Assembly: GCA_947302815.1 (NCBI GenBank)
Contig: CAMYWO010000001.1
Location: 42,637-106,636, forward strand
From: an uncultured Clostridia bacterium
GTDB lineage: Bacteria; Bacillota; Clostridia; Saccharofermentanales; Saccharofermentanaceae
Reading direction: 5' to 3'
DNA length: 64,000 bases
Of this stretch, positions 1 to 9,608 are shown one piece after another. The position numbers were made by a program, and so were the translations under genes. The notes beneath the pieces are model-generated. The model did not search any database and was not told where the DNA came from. It saw only the letters and a list, made by a program, of their open reading frames with translations. Position 1 is the first letter of the stretch. Every line of letters starts with the position of its first letter.

Positions 1-828
1 ATCTGCCTCTGCCTGAGCCTCGATGACCTTGGCATCTGCTTTGGCCTGCGCGTTTGTCTTCGTTACAGCAGCATCAGCTTCCGCTTTTTCGATGTTCTTC
101 TTGTTCTCGATCTGCTGTGTTTCGTAGTCGATCTGCGCCTGCTGCTTCTTCGCGATCTTCTCATCGTATTCTGCATCGAAGGATGCATCGTTGATGACGA
201 CCTTGTTTACATATACGACTTCTGTTCCGTACTTCTCATCAAGAGATTTCTGGATGTTATCCTTTGCCTTCGGCTCGATGATGGAACGGTTCGTACAGTC
301 GTTCGGCGACAGTGTTTTTGAAGTGGTCTTAATTGCGGATGCGACGAGTGACTCGCTGACCAGGCCGGCTTCATAGTTCGTTACGTTTGCATAGATCCAT
401 GCCGACTTCTGCGGGTTGATCTGGTAGGTGACTGTGATGCCCTGGAACATGACAGTGTTTCTTTCGGATGTCTCCGAAGAGATGGAGTTGTCGTTAAACT
501 TGATGTCCTGCTGCTTGTTGTTGACCATTACGATCTCCTGGACAAAAGGAATCTTGAAATTGATACCGTTGTTCAGTGTCTGCTCCTCGACCTGTCCGAA
601 TGTGACACGCACGCCGGTATAACCGGTCGGGATGATGGTGAAAGCATACGAGAACAGAAAACTGACGAGGCCGAGACCGGCAAGAATGATCACGAGCTTC
701 TTGTTGAGCGGGACTTTCTTCACGCCCTGCACCGAGGTGCCCGCGGAGTTGAATGACTTCTTGGCGACGAGTGCGATCGCGCCCAGGATCAGTAGTATTC
801 CTAATACACGAAAAATAAGATTCAGCAT
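1..828 (-). CDS. SPFH/band-7 (prohibitin-like) membrane protein; C-terminal end lies outside the window
   Basis: Absent from the ORF track because it runs off the window edge. Reverse complement from ATG at 828 (preceded by GGAGGATAAAGAT) reads MLNLIFRVLGILLILGAIALVAKK...IIPTGYTGVRVTFGQVEE...AQAKADAKVIEAQAEAD. This gives an N-terminal TM anchor, an SPFH core and an Ala/Lys/Gln-rich tail. Confidence 0.8.
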   Translation of the reverse strand, partial: MLNLIFRVLGILLILGAIALVAKKSFNSAGTSVQGVKKVPLNKKLVIILAGLGLVSFLFSYAFTIIPTGYTGVRVTFGQVEEQTLNNGINFKIPFVQEIVMVNNKQQDIKFNDNSISSETSERNTVMFQGITVTYQINPQKSAWIYANVTNYEAGLVSESLVASAIKTTSKTLSPNDCTNRSIIEPKAKDNIQKSLDEKYGTEVVYVNKVVINDASFDAEYDEKIAKKQQAQIDYETQQIENKKNIEKAEADAAVTKTNAQAKADAKVIEAQAEAD

Positions 829-1070
829 ATCTTTATCCTCCTTCATAATGAAGCGTTTTTCCTGCTTCGAAGGATATTATATCATAGCGTGTAACCGCAT
901 AAAGACAGCACGTATCAGGTTTTATACGTATCATTTGCAGGTGGAAGAAGAAATAGAGTTATTCCTGTTGACTTCACCGGGCAAAATGGATAAAATGTTA
1001 GCGTCCTAACAATTATTTATTCAGGACACTTTATTTTGTCCGTATAAACGGACTGAAGGCTTGGTAATCT

Positions 1071-1559
1071 ATGACTAAAAAGAATGACACTTCGGCAAAA
1101 GCACCGGTCAGGGATCTCCATATGGGACCCTATGTCCGTCATCTGTCGAAGTCGATCCGGCTGGCCATTGATGAAGCTCTTGATAAGGAGTTTTCTTCCT
1201 CGGACGAGACGAGGCTGACTTCTGTGCAGGCACATGTCATGGGGTATCTCAACATGCAGCACGAACTCGGCAATGTGGTCTATCAGAAGGATATTGAGCA
1301 GGTGTTTCATATCCAGAGAAGTACGGCCACGGGTATCCTGAAACTTCTTGAACAGCGGGGATCGATCCGCAGGGTGAGCGAGCAGAGGGATGCGCGTCTT
1401 AAGAGGATCGAGGTCACGGAGAAAGCGAGGCTTGCAAAGAAGCGCGTAGACTCGACAATCGAAGGCGTAGAGAAGAGACTTGTCCGCGGACTGACAGATG
1501 AAGAAATCAAGACATACATTGAATTGACAGAAAAAATGAGAAGGAATTTGGAAGAATGA
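1071..1559 (+). CDS. MarR family transcriptional regulator
   Basis: 162 aa with a winged-helix segment (QKDIEQVFHIQRSTATGILKLLEQRGSIRRVSEQRDARLKRIEVTEKA) typical of MarR. Its stop overlaps the next start (ATGA at 1556-1559). Confidence 0.85.
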   Translation: MTKKNDTSAKAPVRDLHMGPYVRHLSKSIRLAIDEALDKEFSSSDETRLTSVQAHVMGYLNMQHELGNVVYQKDIEQVFHIQRSTATGILKLLEQRGSIRRVSEQRDARLKRIEVTEKARLAKKRVDSTIEGVEKRLVRGLTDEEIKTYIELTEKMRRNLEE

Positions 1560-3283
1560 TTAGACGATTATTGAAATCAGTACGAGAGTACAAAAAACCG
1601 TCGATCCTCGCTCCGGTCCTTGTCTCCTGCGAAGTCGTCATGGAGGTACTGATGCCTCTTCTGATGAGTAAGCTGATCGACAAGGGTATCGAGAAGAGCA
1701 ACATGAACTATGTGTGGGCGATGGGTTCGCTGCTTCTGGTGTGCATGTTCATCTCTATGGCATTCGGAGCTCTATCCGGAAGAGAAGCGGCAAAGGCCAG
1801 CGCCGGTTTTGCGAAGAACCTGCGTCATGACATGTTCCACAACCTGCAGACGTTCTCTTTTTCGAACATCGACAAGTTTAAGACAAGCAGTATCATTACA
1901 AGATTGACCACCGATGTTACAAATGTACAGAACGCATACCAGATGGTGATCCGTATCGCGGTAAGAGCCCCGATCATGCTGATCTTCGCGATGTGTGCGA
2001 GCTTCTATGTGAATCCGAAGGTCGCCCTGATCCTTCTGGGTATCGCGCCGGTCCTTCTGCTCGGACTGATCATCGTGTTCCGCTATGCGCATCCGATCTT
2101 CGTACGTATGTTTAAGAGATTCGACGTTATGAACAATGTTGTTCAGGAGAATGTAAGAGGTATCCGCGTAGTAAAGTCCTTCGTCCGTGAAGACTACGAG
2201 ATCGAGAAGTTTACAACGGTATCGAATGAGATTCGTAATGACTCTGTTAAGGCTGAGCGTGCGATCAACTTCAATGCGCCGCTCATGATGGCAAGTGTTT
2301 ATACAGCGATGCTCCTGATCTCCTGGATCGGTGCCAAGCTTGTCGTAAACGACGAGATGACCACAGGACAGCTGACATCGATGTTCTCTTACACGATGCA
2401 GATCCTGATGAGCCTGATGATGGTGTCCATGATCATCGTTATGCTCGTTATCTCCAAGACTTCCGCCGAGCGTATCTCCGAGCTTCTCGATGAGACGCCT
2501 GACATTACGAATCCGGAGAATCCCGTCATGGAAGTGAAAGACGGATCGATCGATTTCGACCATGTATTCTTCAGCTATTCCAAGAAGAAAGAGAAGAGCT
2601 GTCTGATGGATTTCGACCTTCACATCAAGTCAGGTGAGACCATCGGCATCATCGGCGGTACCGGTTCCGGTAAGTCTTCCTTTGTTCAGCTGATCCCGCG
2701 TCTTTACGATGTTACCGATGGTGATATCAAGGTCGGCGGTGTGGATGTAAGAAACTATGACCTTGACGTCATCCGTGACAACGTTGCCATGGTACTTCAG
2801 AAGAATGTCCTCTTCTCCGGAACCATCAAGGACAACCTCCGCTGGGGTAATCCGGATGCGACCGACGAAGAGATGATCCAGGCATGTAAGATCGCGCAGG
2901 CTGACTCGTTTATCAGTGCTTTTCCGGAAGGATATGACACATATATCGAGCAGGGCGGTACGAACGTATCGGGCGGCCAGAAGCAGAGACTCTGTATCGC
3001 CAGAGCGCTTCTGAAGAAGCCGAAGATCCTGATCCTCGATGACTCGACAAGTGCTGTCGATACCGCGACAGATGCGCAGATCCAGAAGGGCTTTGCCGAG
3101 TATATCCCGGGCACAACGAAGCTCATCATTGCGCAGCGTATTTCCTCAGTTGAGAACGCCGACCGCATCATCGTTATCGATAACGGCAAGATCAATGCCG
3201 TCGGAACTCACGAAGAACTCCTTGCAGGTAATGAGATCTACAAAGAAGTATATGAATCCCAGAAGAAGGGAGGTGATCAGTAA
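1556..3283 (+). CDS. ABC exporter, fused permease/ATP-binding subunit (heterodimer partner 1)
   Basis: 575 aa with six N-terminal TM helices. Walker A GGTGSGKSS, signature VSGGQKQR, Walker B ILILDDSTSAVD. Confidence 0.93.
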   Translation: MIRRLLKSVREYKKPSILAPVLVSCEVVMEVLMPLLMSKLIDKGIEKSNMNYVWAMGSLLLVCMFISMAFGALSGREAAKASAGFAKNLRHDMFHNLQTFSFSNIDKFKTSSIITRLTTDVTNVQNAYQMVIRIAVRAPIMLIFAMCASFYVNPKVALILLGIAPVLLLGLIIVFRYAHPIFVRMFKRFDVMNNVVQENVRGIRVVKSFVREDYEIEKFTTVSNEIRNDSVKAERAINFNAPLMMASVYTAMLLISWIGAKLVVNDEMTTGQLTSMFSYTMQILMSLMMVSMIIVMLVISKTSAERISELLDETPDITNPENPVMEVKDGSIDFDHVFFSYSKKKEKSCLMDFDLHIKSGETIGIIGGTGSGKSSFVQLIPRLYDVTDGDIKVGGVDVRNYDLDVIRDNVAMVLQKNVLFSGTIKDNLRWGNPDATDEEMIQACKIAQADSFISAFPEGYDTYIEQGGTNVSGGQKQRLCIARALLKKPKILILDDSTSAVDTATDAQIQKGFAEYIPGTTKLIIAQRISSVENADRIIVIDNGKINAVGTHEELLAGNEIYKEVYESQKKGGDQ

Positions 3284-5247
3284 TGCCGCCGCCGAGAGGA
3301 GCACGTCCTATGAATCGGGAGGACATGAAGAAGAACCCGATCGACAAGAAACTGATCAAGAGACTTATGTCTTATCTGACAGGCAAATACAAGGTATTAC
3401 TGGGCATCGTTATCTTCTGCATTCTGGTAGCCTCTGTCACTTCCGTTTTGGGTAATATGTTTATCCGAAACCTCATCGATGATTATATCGAGCCGCTTCT
3501 GATCAGCGGAGATAAGGATTTCTCCGGACTGGCCAACTGGATACGGACCGTCGCCATCATCTTCGGATTCGGCGTACTGGCCAACCTCTTCCAGGGACAG
3601 ATTATGCTCGTGATCTCGAATAACGTGCTGAGAAATGTGCGTGACGATATGTTCAAGAGTATGCAGAAACTGCCGATCTCTTACTTCGATACGCACTCGC
3701 ACGGTGACGTGATGAGTCATTATACCAACGATGTTGATACGCTCCGCCAGATGATCTCGCAGAGCTTTCCGCAGATGATCTCTTCCGCGATCACTATCGT
3801 TGCAACGCTGGTAGGTATGATCATTACCTGCTGGCAGCTGACGATCGTTGTACTCTTCGGTACCTTTACCATGATCTTCCTGATGGGAAAGATCGGCGGC
3901 AAGAGCGCCAAGTACTTCATGAAGCAGCAGGCATCTCTCGGTGATGTCAACGGATACATCGAAGAGATGGTCAACGGCCAGAAAGTCGTAAAAGTATTCA
4001 CATATGAAGACCGCTCGAAAAAGGCCTTTGATGAAAAGAATGAAGAACTCTGTGACAATGCGACGAAAGCGAATATCTTCGCCAATATCCTGATGCCGAT
4101 CATGGGCAATATCGGTAACGTCCTGTACGTGCTGGTCGCCTTCATCGGCGGTTTCCTGGCGATCGAGTGCGGTGTCTCCGCAATCTCCGTCGGTGTTATT
4201 GCTTCGTTCCTGCAGCTGACCAAGGCGTTCGTTATGCCGGTATCCCAGGTATCGCAGCAGATGAACTCGATCATCATGGCGATGGCAGGTGCCTCCCGTA
4301 TTTTCAAACTTATGGATGAGACACCGGAGGACGATAACGGATATGTTACCCTCGTTCACTGCAAGAAGGAAGGCGACAATCTGGTCGAGGTTTCGGAAGA
4401 CGAGGCGCTCTCTTTCAAGCGTGCTCATGGCGGAAAAGATTCCTTTGGCGGAACATCTTATGTCTGGGCATGGAAGCATCCGCATCAGGACGGTACGCTG
4501 ACCTATGCCGAGGTTAAGGGCGATGTAAGACTCTTCGACGTTGACTTCAGCTATGACGGCAAGAAGCAGGTCCTCTACGATATCTCGCTCTACGCGAAGC
4601 CGGGTCAGAAGATCGCTTTTGTAGGTGCGACCGGTGCCGGTAAGACCACGATCACGAACCTGATCAACCGCTTCTACGATATTGCCGATGGTAAGATCCG
4701 TTATGACGACATCAACATCAATAAGATCAAGAAGGCGGACCTTCGCCACTCGCTCGGTATCGTTCTTCAGGACACGAACCTCTTTACCGGTTCGGTCATG
4801 GAAAACATCCGTTACGGTAACCTGAAGGCGACCGATGAGGAGTGCATCGAGGCGGCGAAACTTGCTAACGCACATGACTTCATCAGCAAGCTCCCTCAGG
4901 GTTATAACACAGTTCTTACCGCCAATGGCGCGGAGCTCTCGCAGGGCCAGCGTCAGCTGATCGCGATCGCGCGCGCCGCGGTTGCGGACCCGCCGGTCAT
5001 GATCCTCGACGAGGCGACCTCCTCGATCGATACACGTACCGAGGCGATCGTGCAGCGTGGTATGGATGCCCTGATGGAGAACCGTACAGTATTTGTCATC
5101 GCACACCGTCTGTCCACAGTACAGAACAGTAAGGCGATCATGGTGCTCGAAAACGGCCACATCATTGAGCGTGGTGACCATGAGTCCCTCATCGCCGAAA
5201 AGGGTAAATACTACCAGCTCTATACAGGTGCTTTTGAATTAGAGTAA
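3283..5247 (+). CDS. ABC exporter, fused permease/ATP-binding subunit (heterodimer partner 2)
   Basis: 654 aa; the start overlaps the upstream stop (TAATG). Walker A GATGAGKTT, signature LSQGQRQL, Walker B VMILDEATSSID. Carries an insert of about 60 aa before the NBD (KKEGDNLVEVSEDEALSFKRAHGG...). Confidence 0.93.
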   Translation: MPPPRGARPMNREDMKKNPIDKKLIKRLMSYLTGKYKVLLGIVIFCILVASVTSVLGNMFIRNLIDDYIEPLLISGDKDFSGLANWIRTVAIIFGFGVLANLFQGQIMLVISNNVLRNVRDDMFKSMQKLPISYFDTHSHGDVMSHYTNDVDTLRQMISQSFPQMISSAITIVATLVGMIITCWQLTIVVLFGTFTMIFLMGKIGGKSAKYFMKQQASLGDVNGYIEEMVNGQKVVKVFTYEDRSKKAFDEKNEELCDNATKANIFANILMPIMGNIGNVLYVLVAFIGGFLAIECGVSAISVGVIASFLQLTKAFVMPVSQVSQQMNSIIMAMAGASRIFKLMDETPEDDNGYVTLVHCKKEGDNLVEVSEDEALSFKRAHGGKDSFGGTSYVWAWKHPHQDGTLTYAEVKGDVRLFDVDFSYDGKKQVLYDISLYAKPGQKIAFVGATGAGKTTITNLINRFYDIADGKIRYDDININKIKKADLRHSLGIVLQDTNLFTGSVMENIRYGNLKATDEECIEAAKLANAHDFISKLPQGYNTVLTANGAELSQGQRQLIAIARAAVADPPVMILDEATSSIDTRTEAIVQRGMDALMENRTVFVIAHRLSTVQNSKAIMVLENGHIIERGDHESLIAEKGKYYQLYTGAFELE

Positions 5248-5486
5248 AAATGCGAATCCCCGGGATGCCGGTCTTGTCGCCGGGACTCTGCACGTTGCTT
5301 GTGCGGAACCGCTCCTCGACAGGCATTTCCGGGGATTTCTGTATTTCTTTTTAACCGGTTTCCGCTCCGGCTGAAATAGGTAATGAATTTTTGTCTTGAT
5401 ATTCTCAAATGGCATGATAGAATGGTTTTGTGCCGGGGATGGAAAGCCCGCACGAAACGGAAAAACAAGGGGTTGTTTTTAGAGGT

Positions 5487-6005
5487 ATGCCGACTATTAT
5501 TCGAGACAAAAAAGTGGAGAATCGCGGCCGTAAGGTTAAAGATATCAAAGATGAAAGATTCGGTCATCTGGTCGCGATCGAAGAGACGCCGGAGCGCTTT
5601 AATGGCAAAGTGATCTGGCTGTGCCGCTGTGACTGCGGGAATACGATCAAGATCACGTCCCACCGTCTTCTTCATACAGAGATCAGTAACTGCTTTGACG
5701 AGAACTGTCCGTATCGTGACACGACCCGTAAAGTCCTGAAAGAAGAGGACTTCTCGGGGGAGACGCGCCGCTGTTCTTCGGCAATGGAAGATATCACCGG
5801 TCAGGTGTTCGGCGATCTTACGGCCATCAAGATGACAGGCATCAAGAGCGGTAAGAATCTCCAGTGGTACTGCAAGTGCAGCTGCGGCCGTGAGATCAAA
5901 GCTTTCGAGCGTGATCTCATTCGCGGTATCAAAACCGATTGCGGTTCTATCCGTCATCGTCCGGGTATGCCTCGAATTGCACAGAAAAACATGAAAAAGG
6001 CGTAA
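5487..6005 (+). CDS. Hypothetical Cys-rich protein with an internally duplicated module
   Basis: Start taken at MPTIIRDKK (AGAGG just upstream). Two copies of the module FG-L-AI...(W/Y)-C-(R/K)-C-(D/S)-CG...I/L...CG: RFGHLVAIEE..VIWLCRCDCGNTIKITSHRL and QVFGDLTAIKM..LQWYCKCSCGREIKAFERDL. No family assigned. Confidence 0.5.
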   Translation: MPTIIRDKKVENRGRKVKDIKDERFGHLVAIEETPERFNGKVIWLCRCDCGNTIKITSHRLLHTEISNCFDENCPYRDTTRKVLKEEDFSGETRRCSSAMEDITGQVFGDLTAIKMTGIKSGKNLQWYCKCSCGREIKAFERDLIRGIKTDCGSIRHRPGMPRIAQKNMKKA

Positions 6006-6139
6006 TTTGATATAGGCAAATTGCTGTTACCCTTCAAAAAATTGAGAAAATCATTCTGAAAAATTCGCAAAAAAGTGTTTTCAAGAAAACACTGTAAGTG
6101 TAAAATTTTTACAGAAATACAAACTGGAGGATTTTTTCT

Positions 6140-7516
6140 ATGGGTAAATATTTCGGTACAGACGGTTTCCGTGGTAAGGCCGGCGTTGTCCTTACGGCAG
6201 AACACGCCTTTAAGACCGGTCGTTTCCTCGGCTGGTATTATTCACAGAAGCATCTGGAGTCCGGTAATTCGGATTGTGCAAAGATCGTAATCGGCAAGGA
6301 TACACGCCGTTCTTCTTATATGTATGAGAACGCATTGGCAGCAGGCATCGTGTCTTCGGGCGCAGATGCTTATTTATTGCACGTAACTACGACACCCTGC
6401 GTCAGCTACATCACCAGAACTGAAGAGTTTGACTGCGGTGCGATGATCTCTGCAAGCCATAACCCGTACTACGATAACGGCATTAAGCTGATGAACTTCG
6501 AAGGCGAGAAGATGGATGACGATCTGCAGGATCAGATCGAGAAGTACATCGACGGAGAGCTTGAAGAGCTTCCTTACGCTTCCGAAGACAAGATCGGTAA
6601 GACGATCGACTATTATTCCGGCAGAAACCGCTACATCGGTTACCTCGTAAGCCTGGCAAGCCAGTCTTTCGAGAAGCACAAGATCGGTCTTGACTGCGCT
6701 AACGGCAGCTCTTGGATGATCGGCCGTGCGGTATTCGATGCTCTCGGTGCCAAGACATTCGTAATCAACAATGCACCAGACGGAGTGAACATCAACACCA
6801 ATTGCGGTTCCACTCATATTGAGGGCCTGCAGAAGTATGTTATCGACAACAAACTTGACCTCGGCTTTGCTTTCGATGGTGACGCAGACCGCTGCCTCGC
6901 AGTCGACGAACTCGGTAATGTCGTCAACGGCGACAAGATCATGTACATCTGCGCGAAGTATATGAAGGAGAAGGGCGAGCTCGATAACAACACAGTTGTT
7001 ACCACTATCATGAGTAACTTCGGTCTTTACAAGGCGCTCGATGAGGCAGGCATTGCTTACGAGAAGACCGCTGTAGGCGACCGTTATGTATACGAGAACA
7101 TGAAAGAGAACGGTCACATGATCGGCGGCGAACAGTCCGGTCATGTTATCTTCAGAAAGCACGCACACACCGGTGACGGCGTTCTTACCGCTGTTATGCT
7201 GATGGGCGTTCTTATCGATACGAACCTCCCGCTCTCCCTGCTCGCAAAGGGCTGCGAAATGTATCCGCAGGTTCTCAAGAATGTTGTTGTTGACGATAAG
7301 GACGGCACACTTGCTGATCCGGCAGTTCAGGCTCAGGTTGAGGCCTGCACCGCAGAGCTCGGCGACAACGGCCGTGTTCTTCTCAGAAAGAGCGGCACCG
7401 AGCCGGTTCTCCGTGTTATGTCCGAAGCCGGTTCTCTCGAAGAGTGCGAGAAGCAGGTTGACGCAATCATCGCCGCAATGGAAAAGAGCGGTCATCTGGT
7501 GGAGGTAAAGAAATAA
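6140..7516 (+). CDS. glmM: Phosphoglucosamine mutase
   Basis: 458 aa starting MGKYFGTDGFRGKAG. Active-site loop SASHNPYYDNGIK and metal loop FDGDADR. RBS CTGGAGG. Confidence 0.95.
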   Translation: MGKYFGTDGFRGKAGVVLTAEHAFKTGRFLGWYYSQKHLESGNSDCAKIVIGKDTRRSSYMYENALAAGIVSSGADAYLLHVTTTPCVSYITRTEEFDCGAMISASHNPYYDNGIKLMNFEGEKMDDDLQDQIEKYIDGELEELPYASEDKIGKTIDYYSGRNRYIGYLVSLASQSFEKHKIGLDCANGSSWMIGRAVFDALGAKTFVINNAPDGVNINTNCGSTHIEGLQKYVIDNKLDLGFAFDGDADRCLAVDELGNVVNGDKIMYICAKYMKEKGELDNNTVVTTIMSNFGLYKALDEAGIAYEKTAVGDRYVYENMKENGHMIGGEQSGHVIFRKHAHTGDGVLTAVMLMGVLIDTNLPLSLLAKGCEMYPQVLKNVVVDDKDGTLADPAVQAQVEACTAELGDNGRVLLRKSGTEPVLRVMSEAGSLEECEKQVDAIIAAMEKSGHLVEVKK

Positions 7517-8184
7517 TGTATACGATTAATGACCTTTATGATCTGACACAGACATATCCTCAGGTTGCTGAATATCTCGGCAAGTTCACATACCCCTGGG
7601 AGGCACTCTCCGGTATCACAGATCTGATCCTTGAGATTGGTAAGACTCTTCCGGAAGACGAGTTCGATCATCCGTCCGAGGACGTATGGATCGCTAAGGA
7701 TGCAAAAGTGTTCGCTACAGCATATATCGGCGGACCTTGCATCATCGGCCATAAGACAGAAGTACGTCAGTGTGCATTCGTCCGTGGCAGTGCGCTCGTA
7801 GGTGAGGGCTGTGTCGTCGGTAACTCCACTGAGCTGAAGAACGTTATTCTGTTCAACAGCGTACAGGTTCCGCATTATAACTACGTCGGTGACTCGATCC
7901 TCGGTTATAAGTCCCACATGGGTGCAGGATCCATTACCAGTAACGTAAAGAGCGATAAACTCCCGGTCGTCATTAAGAACGGCGATGAGCATATCGAGAC
8001 CGGCAGAAAAAAGGTCGGCGCGATGCTTGGTGACTTCGTTGAGGTCGGCTGTAACAGTGTTCTAAATCCGGGAACAGTGATCGGAAGAAACAGTAATGTC
8101 TATCCGACGTCCTGTGTCCGCGGTGTGATTCCTGAGAACAGCATTTATAAAGATCAGGGCAACATCGTGATCAAGAGAAAGTAA
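7516..8184 (+). CDS. Stand-alone left-handed beta-helix (hexapeptide-repeat) acyltransferase, resembling the GlmU C-terminal domain
   Basis: 222 aa; TAATG stop/start overlap with glmM. Hexapeptide repeats run through IGGPCIIGHKTEVRQCAFVRGSALVGEGCVVGNSTELKNVILFNSVQV...LGDFVEVGCNSVLNPGTVIGRNSNV. No nucleotidyltransferase domain is present. Confidence 0.75.
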   Translation: MYTINDLYDLTQTYPQVAEYLGKFTYPWEALSGITDLILEIGKTLPEDEFDHPSEDVWIAKDAKVFATAYIGGPCIIGHKTEVRQCAFVRGSALVGEGCVVGNSTELKNVILFNSVQVPHYNYVGDSILGYKSHMGAGSITSNVKSDKLPVVIKNGDEHIETGRKKVGAMLGDFVEVGCNSVLNPGTVIGRNSNVYPTSCVRGVIPENSIYKDQGNIVIKRK

Positions 8185-8189
8185 AGAAG

Positions 8190-8222
8190 AGCCGCGCGTG
8201 TTAATCATGTGCGGCTTTTTTA
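8190..8222 (+). terminator. Rho-independent terminator after glmM and the acetyltransferase gene
   Basis: AGCCGC (8190-8195) pairs with GCGGCT (8211-8216), followed by a T-run. Confidence 0.65.
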
Positions 8223-8260
8223 TATTACTGCGCAAAACTTAGGTACAAGGAGGTACATTT

Positions 8261-8995
8261 ATGAAAGTTATTATCGCAGAGAATTATCAGGATGCCAGCA
8301 AGAAGGCGGCGGACATCATGGAAAAGATCATCCGTGAGAAGCCCACATGCACCATCGGTCTGGCAACAGGATCAAGCCCGGTCGGCATGTATCAGGAGCT
8401 CTCCCGTCGCTGCAAGGAAGAAGGTCTGGACTTCTCTCAGATCCACTCCGTAAATCTCGACGAGTATGTAGGACTTGAGCCGACACACAACCAGAGCTAC
8501 CGTTACTTCATGGACACCAACCTCTTCGATCACATCAACATCGATAAGGCGAATACATATGTAGCTAAGGGAATCGGCGATGTGGACGAGAACCTTAAGG
8601 AATTCAACGAAGTACTTGATAAGGCAGATATCGAGATCCAGGTCCTTGGTGTAGGTCCGGATGGTCACCTCGGCTTCAACGAGCCGGGCCCGGTTCTTTT
8701 CGACGGTGCGCATAAGGAATTTCTTGATGAGTCCACCATCGATGCTAACGCCCGTTTCTTCGCAACACGTGATGAAGTTCCGCGTTATGCTGTAACCATG
8801 GGTATGGGTAACATCATGCGTGCAAAGGCGCTCCTGATGATCATCAACGGCAATAAGGTTGATGCTGCGACAAAGCTCCTGATGAATGATACTATCGATC
8901 CGATGTGCCCGGCAACATTCATGAGACTGCACAGAGATGCAACAGTCGTTCTGGAGAAGAAACTCGCTCTGGAGATCGGTTACATCAAAGAGTAA
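8261..8995 (+). CDS. nagB: Glucosamine-6-phosphate deaminase
   Basis: 244 aa; MKVIIAENYQDASKKAADIM...IGLATGSSPVGMYQEL...LGVGPDGHLGFNEP. RBS AAGGAGG. Confidence 0.93.
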   Translation: MKVIIAENYQDASKKAADIMEKIIREKPTCTIGLATGSSPVGMYQELSRRCKEEGLDFSQIHSVNLDEYVGLEPTHNQSYRYFMDTNLFDHINIDKANTYVAKGIGDVDENLKEFNEVLDKADIEIQVLGVGPDGHLGFNEPGPVLFDGAHKEFLDESTIDANARFFATRDEVPRYAVTMGMGNIMRAKALLMIINGNKVDAATKLLMNDTIDPMCPATFMRLHRDATVVLEKKLALEIGYIKE

Positions 8996-9017
8996 TCGCT
9001 TATTAAGATCGCAAAAT

Positions 9018-9075
9018 AAATACCTTCTCGCACTGTCCTCGGGCGTTGTCCTGCGGAGGCGCGGAAGGTATTTTT
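9018..9075 (+). terminator. Rho-independent terminator after nagB (long, branched stem)
   Basis: AAATACCTTC (9018-9027) pairs with GAAGGTATTT (9064-9073), followed by T's. Inner pairing CCTC/GAGG. Confidence 0.6.
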
Positions 9076-9204
9076 GCGCTCCTTTTCTATGGCGATTGCT
9101 CTTTGATGGGCACGCGATTGTGGGAAAGATACGAGTGGTTTATTCCGCGATGGGCGGGTGTGCGGTAAAATGAGTGTAAGTTATTCTTTTACGGATGTGA
9201 TGTT

Positions 9205-9570
9205 ATGAAACTTCGAAAACTGTCTTTTGATCTGAGTGTGTGTAAGCTTAAGGATCTTTCCGGGATCGATCTTGGGAAAGAGTTCTTTTTCATCGGGAAG
9301 ACCGACGAGGAGATCTCGCTGGTCTGTAAAACAGAAGATGTGCCCGAGAATTCGACGGACCGGGATGACGGTTGGAAGGGCTTCCGTATCGAGGGAGTTC
9401 TGGACTTCTCACTGATCGGGATCCTTTCGAAGATCTCCGGCATTCTCGCGGAGAATAAGATCGGGATCTTTGCCGTGTCGACGTATAACACGGACTATAT
9501 CCTTGTGAAGAAAGAGAACTTCGATCGTGCGCTGGACGCGCTGAGAAACGAGGGGTATGAGATCGCATAA
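9205..9570 (+). CDS. ACT domain-containing protein
   Basis: 121 aa. Pattern FFFIGKTDEEISLVC...WKGFRIEGVLDFSLIGILSKISGILAENKIGIFAVSTYNTDYILVK is typical of small ACT-fold proteins. Confidence 0.7.
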   Translation: MKLRKLSFDLSVCKLKDLSGIDLGKEFFFIGKTDEEISLVCKTEDVPENSTDRDDGWKGFRIEGVLDFSLIGILSKISGILAENKIGIFAVSTYNTDYILVKKENFDRALDALRNEGYEIA

Positions 9571-9608
9571 GGCATGTGCGGGACAAGTGCTTTTCGGGAG
9601 GAAGGATT

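Noticed and set aside
632-1009. 125-aa + strand ORF at the left end
   Set aside because: It is antisense to the N-terminal part of the SPFH gene and extends through that gene's promoter region. No support.
3397-5181. 594-aa antisense ORF opposite the ABC exporter. Similar long antisense ORFs occur at 1772..2623, 6374..7495, 21058..22095, 24258..25277, 31006..31758, 33029..33793, 34112..35446, 44062..44928, 45430..46212, 59980..61248 and 62689..63525.
   Set aside because: These are shadow ORFs opposite genes with unmistakable conserved motifs. Their translations are Arg/His/Asp/Val-rich with no recognisable domains, and they lack RBS contexts.
5220-5957. 245-aa minus-strand ORF spanning the ABC exporter 3' end and the Cys-rich gene
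   Set aside because: It crosses a structured intergenic region and a promoter candidate and has no motif. The + strand duplicated Cys module is the more coherent reading, although that gene is itself only moderately supported.
6006-6139. glmS-ribozyme-like or other riboswitch upstream of glmM
   Set aside because: The region is only about 130 nt and AT-rich, with a single short hairpin (AGTGTTTTC/GAAAACACT, about 6074-6094). I could see nothing resembling the glmS ribozyme core, which in any case belongs upstream of glmS rather than glmM.
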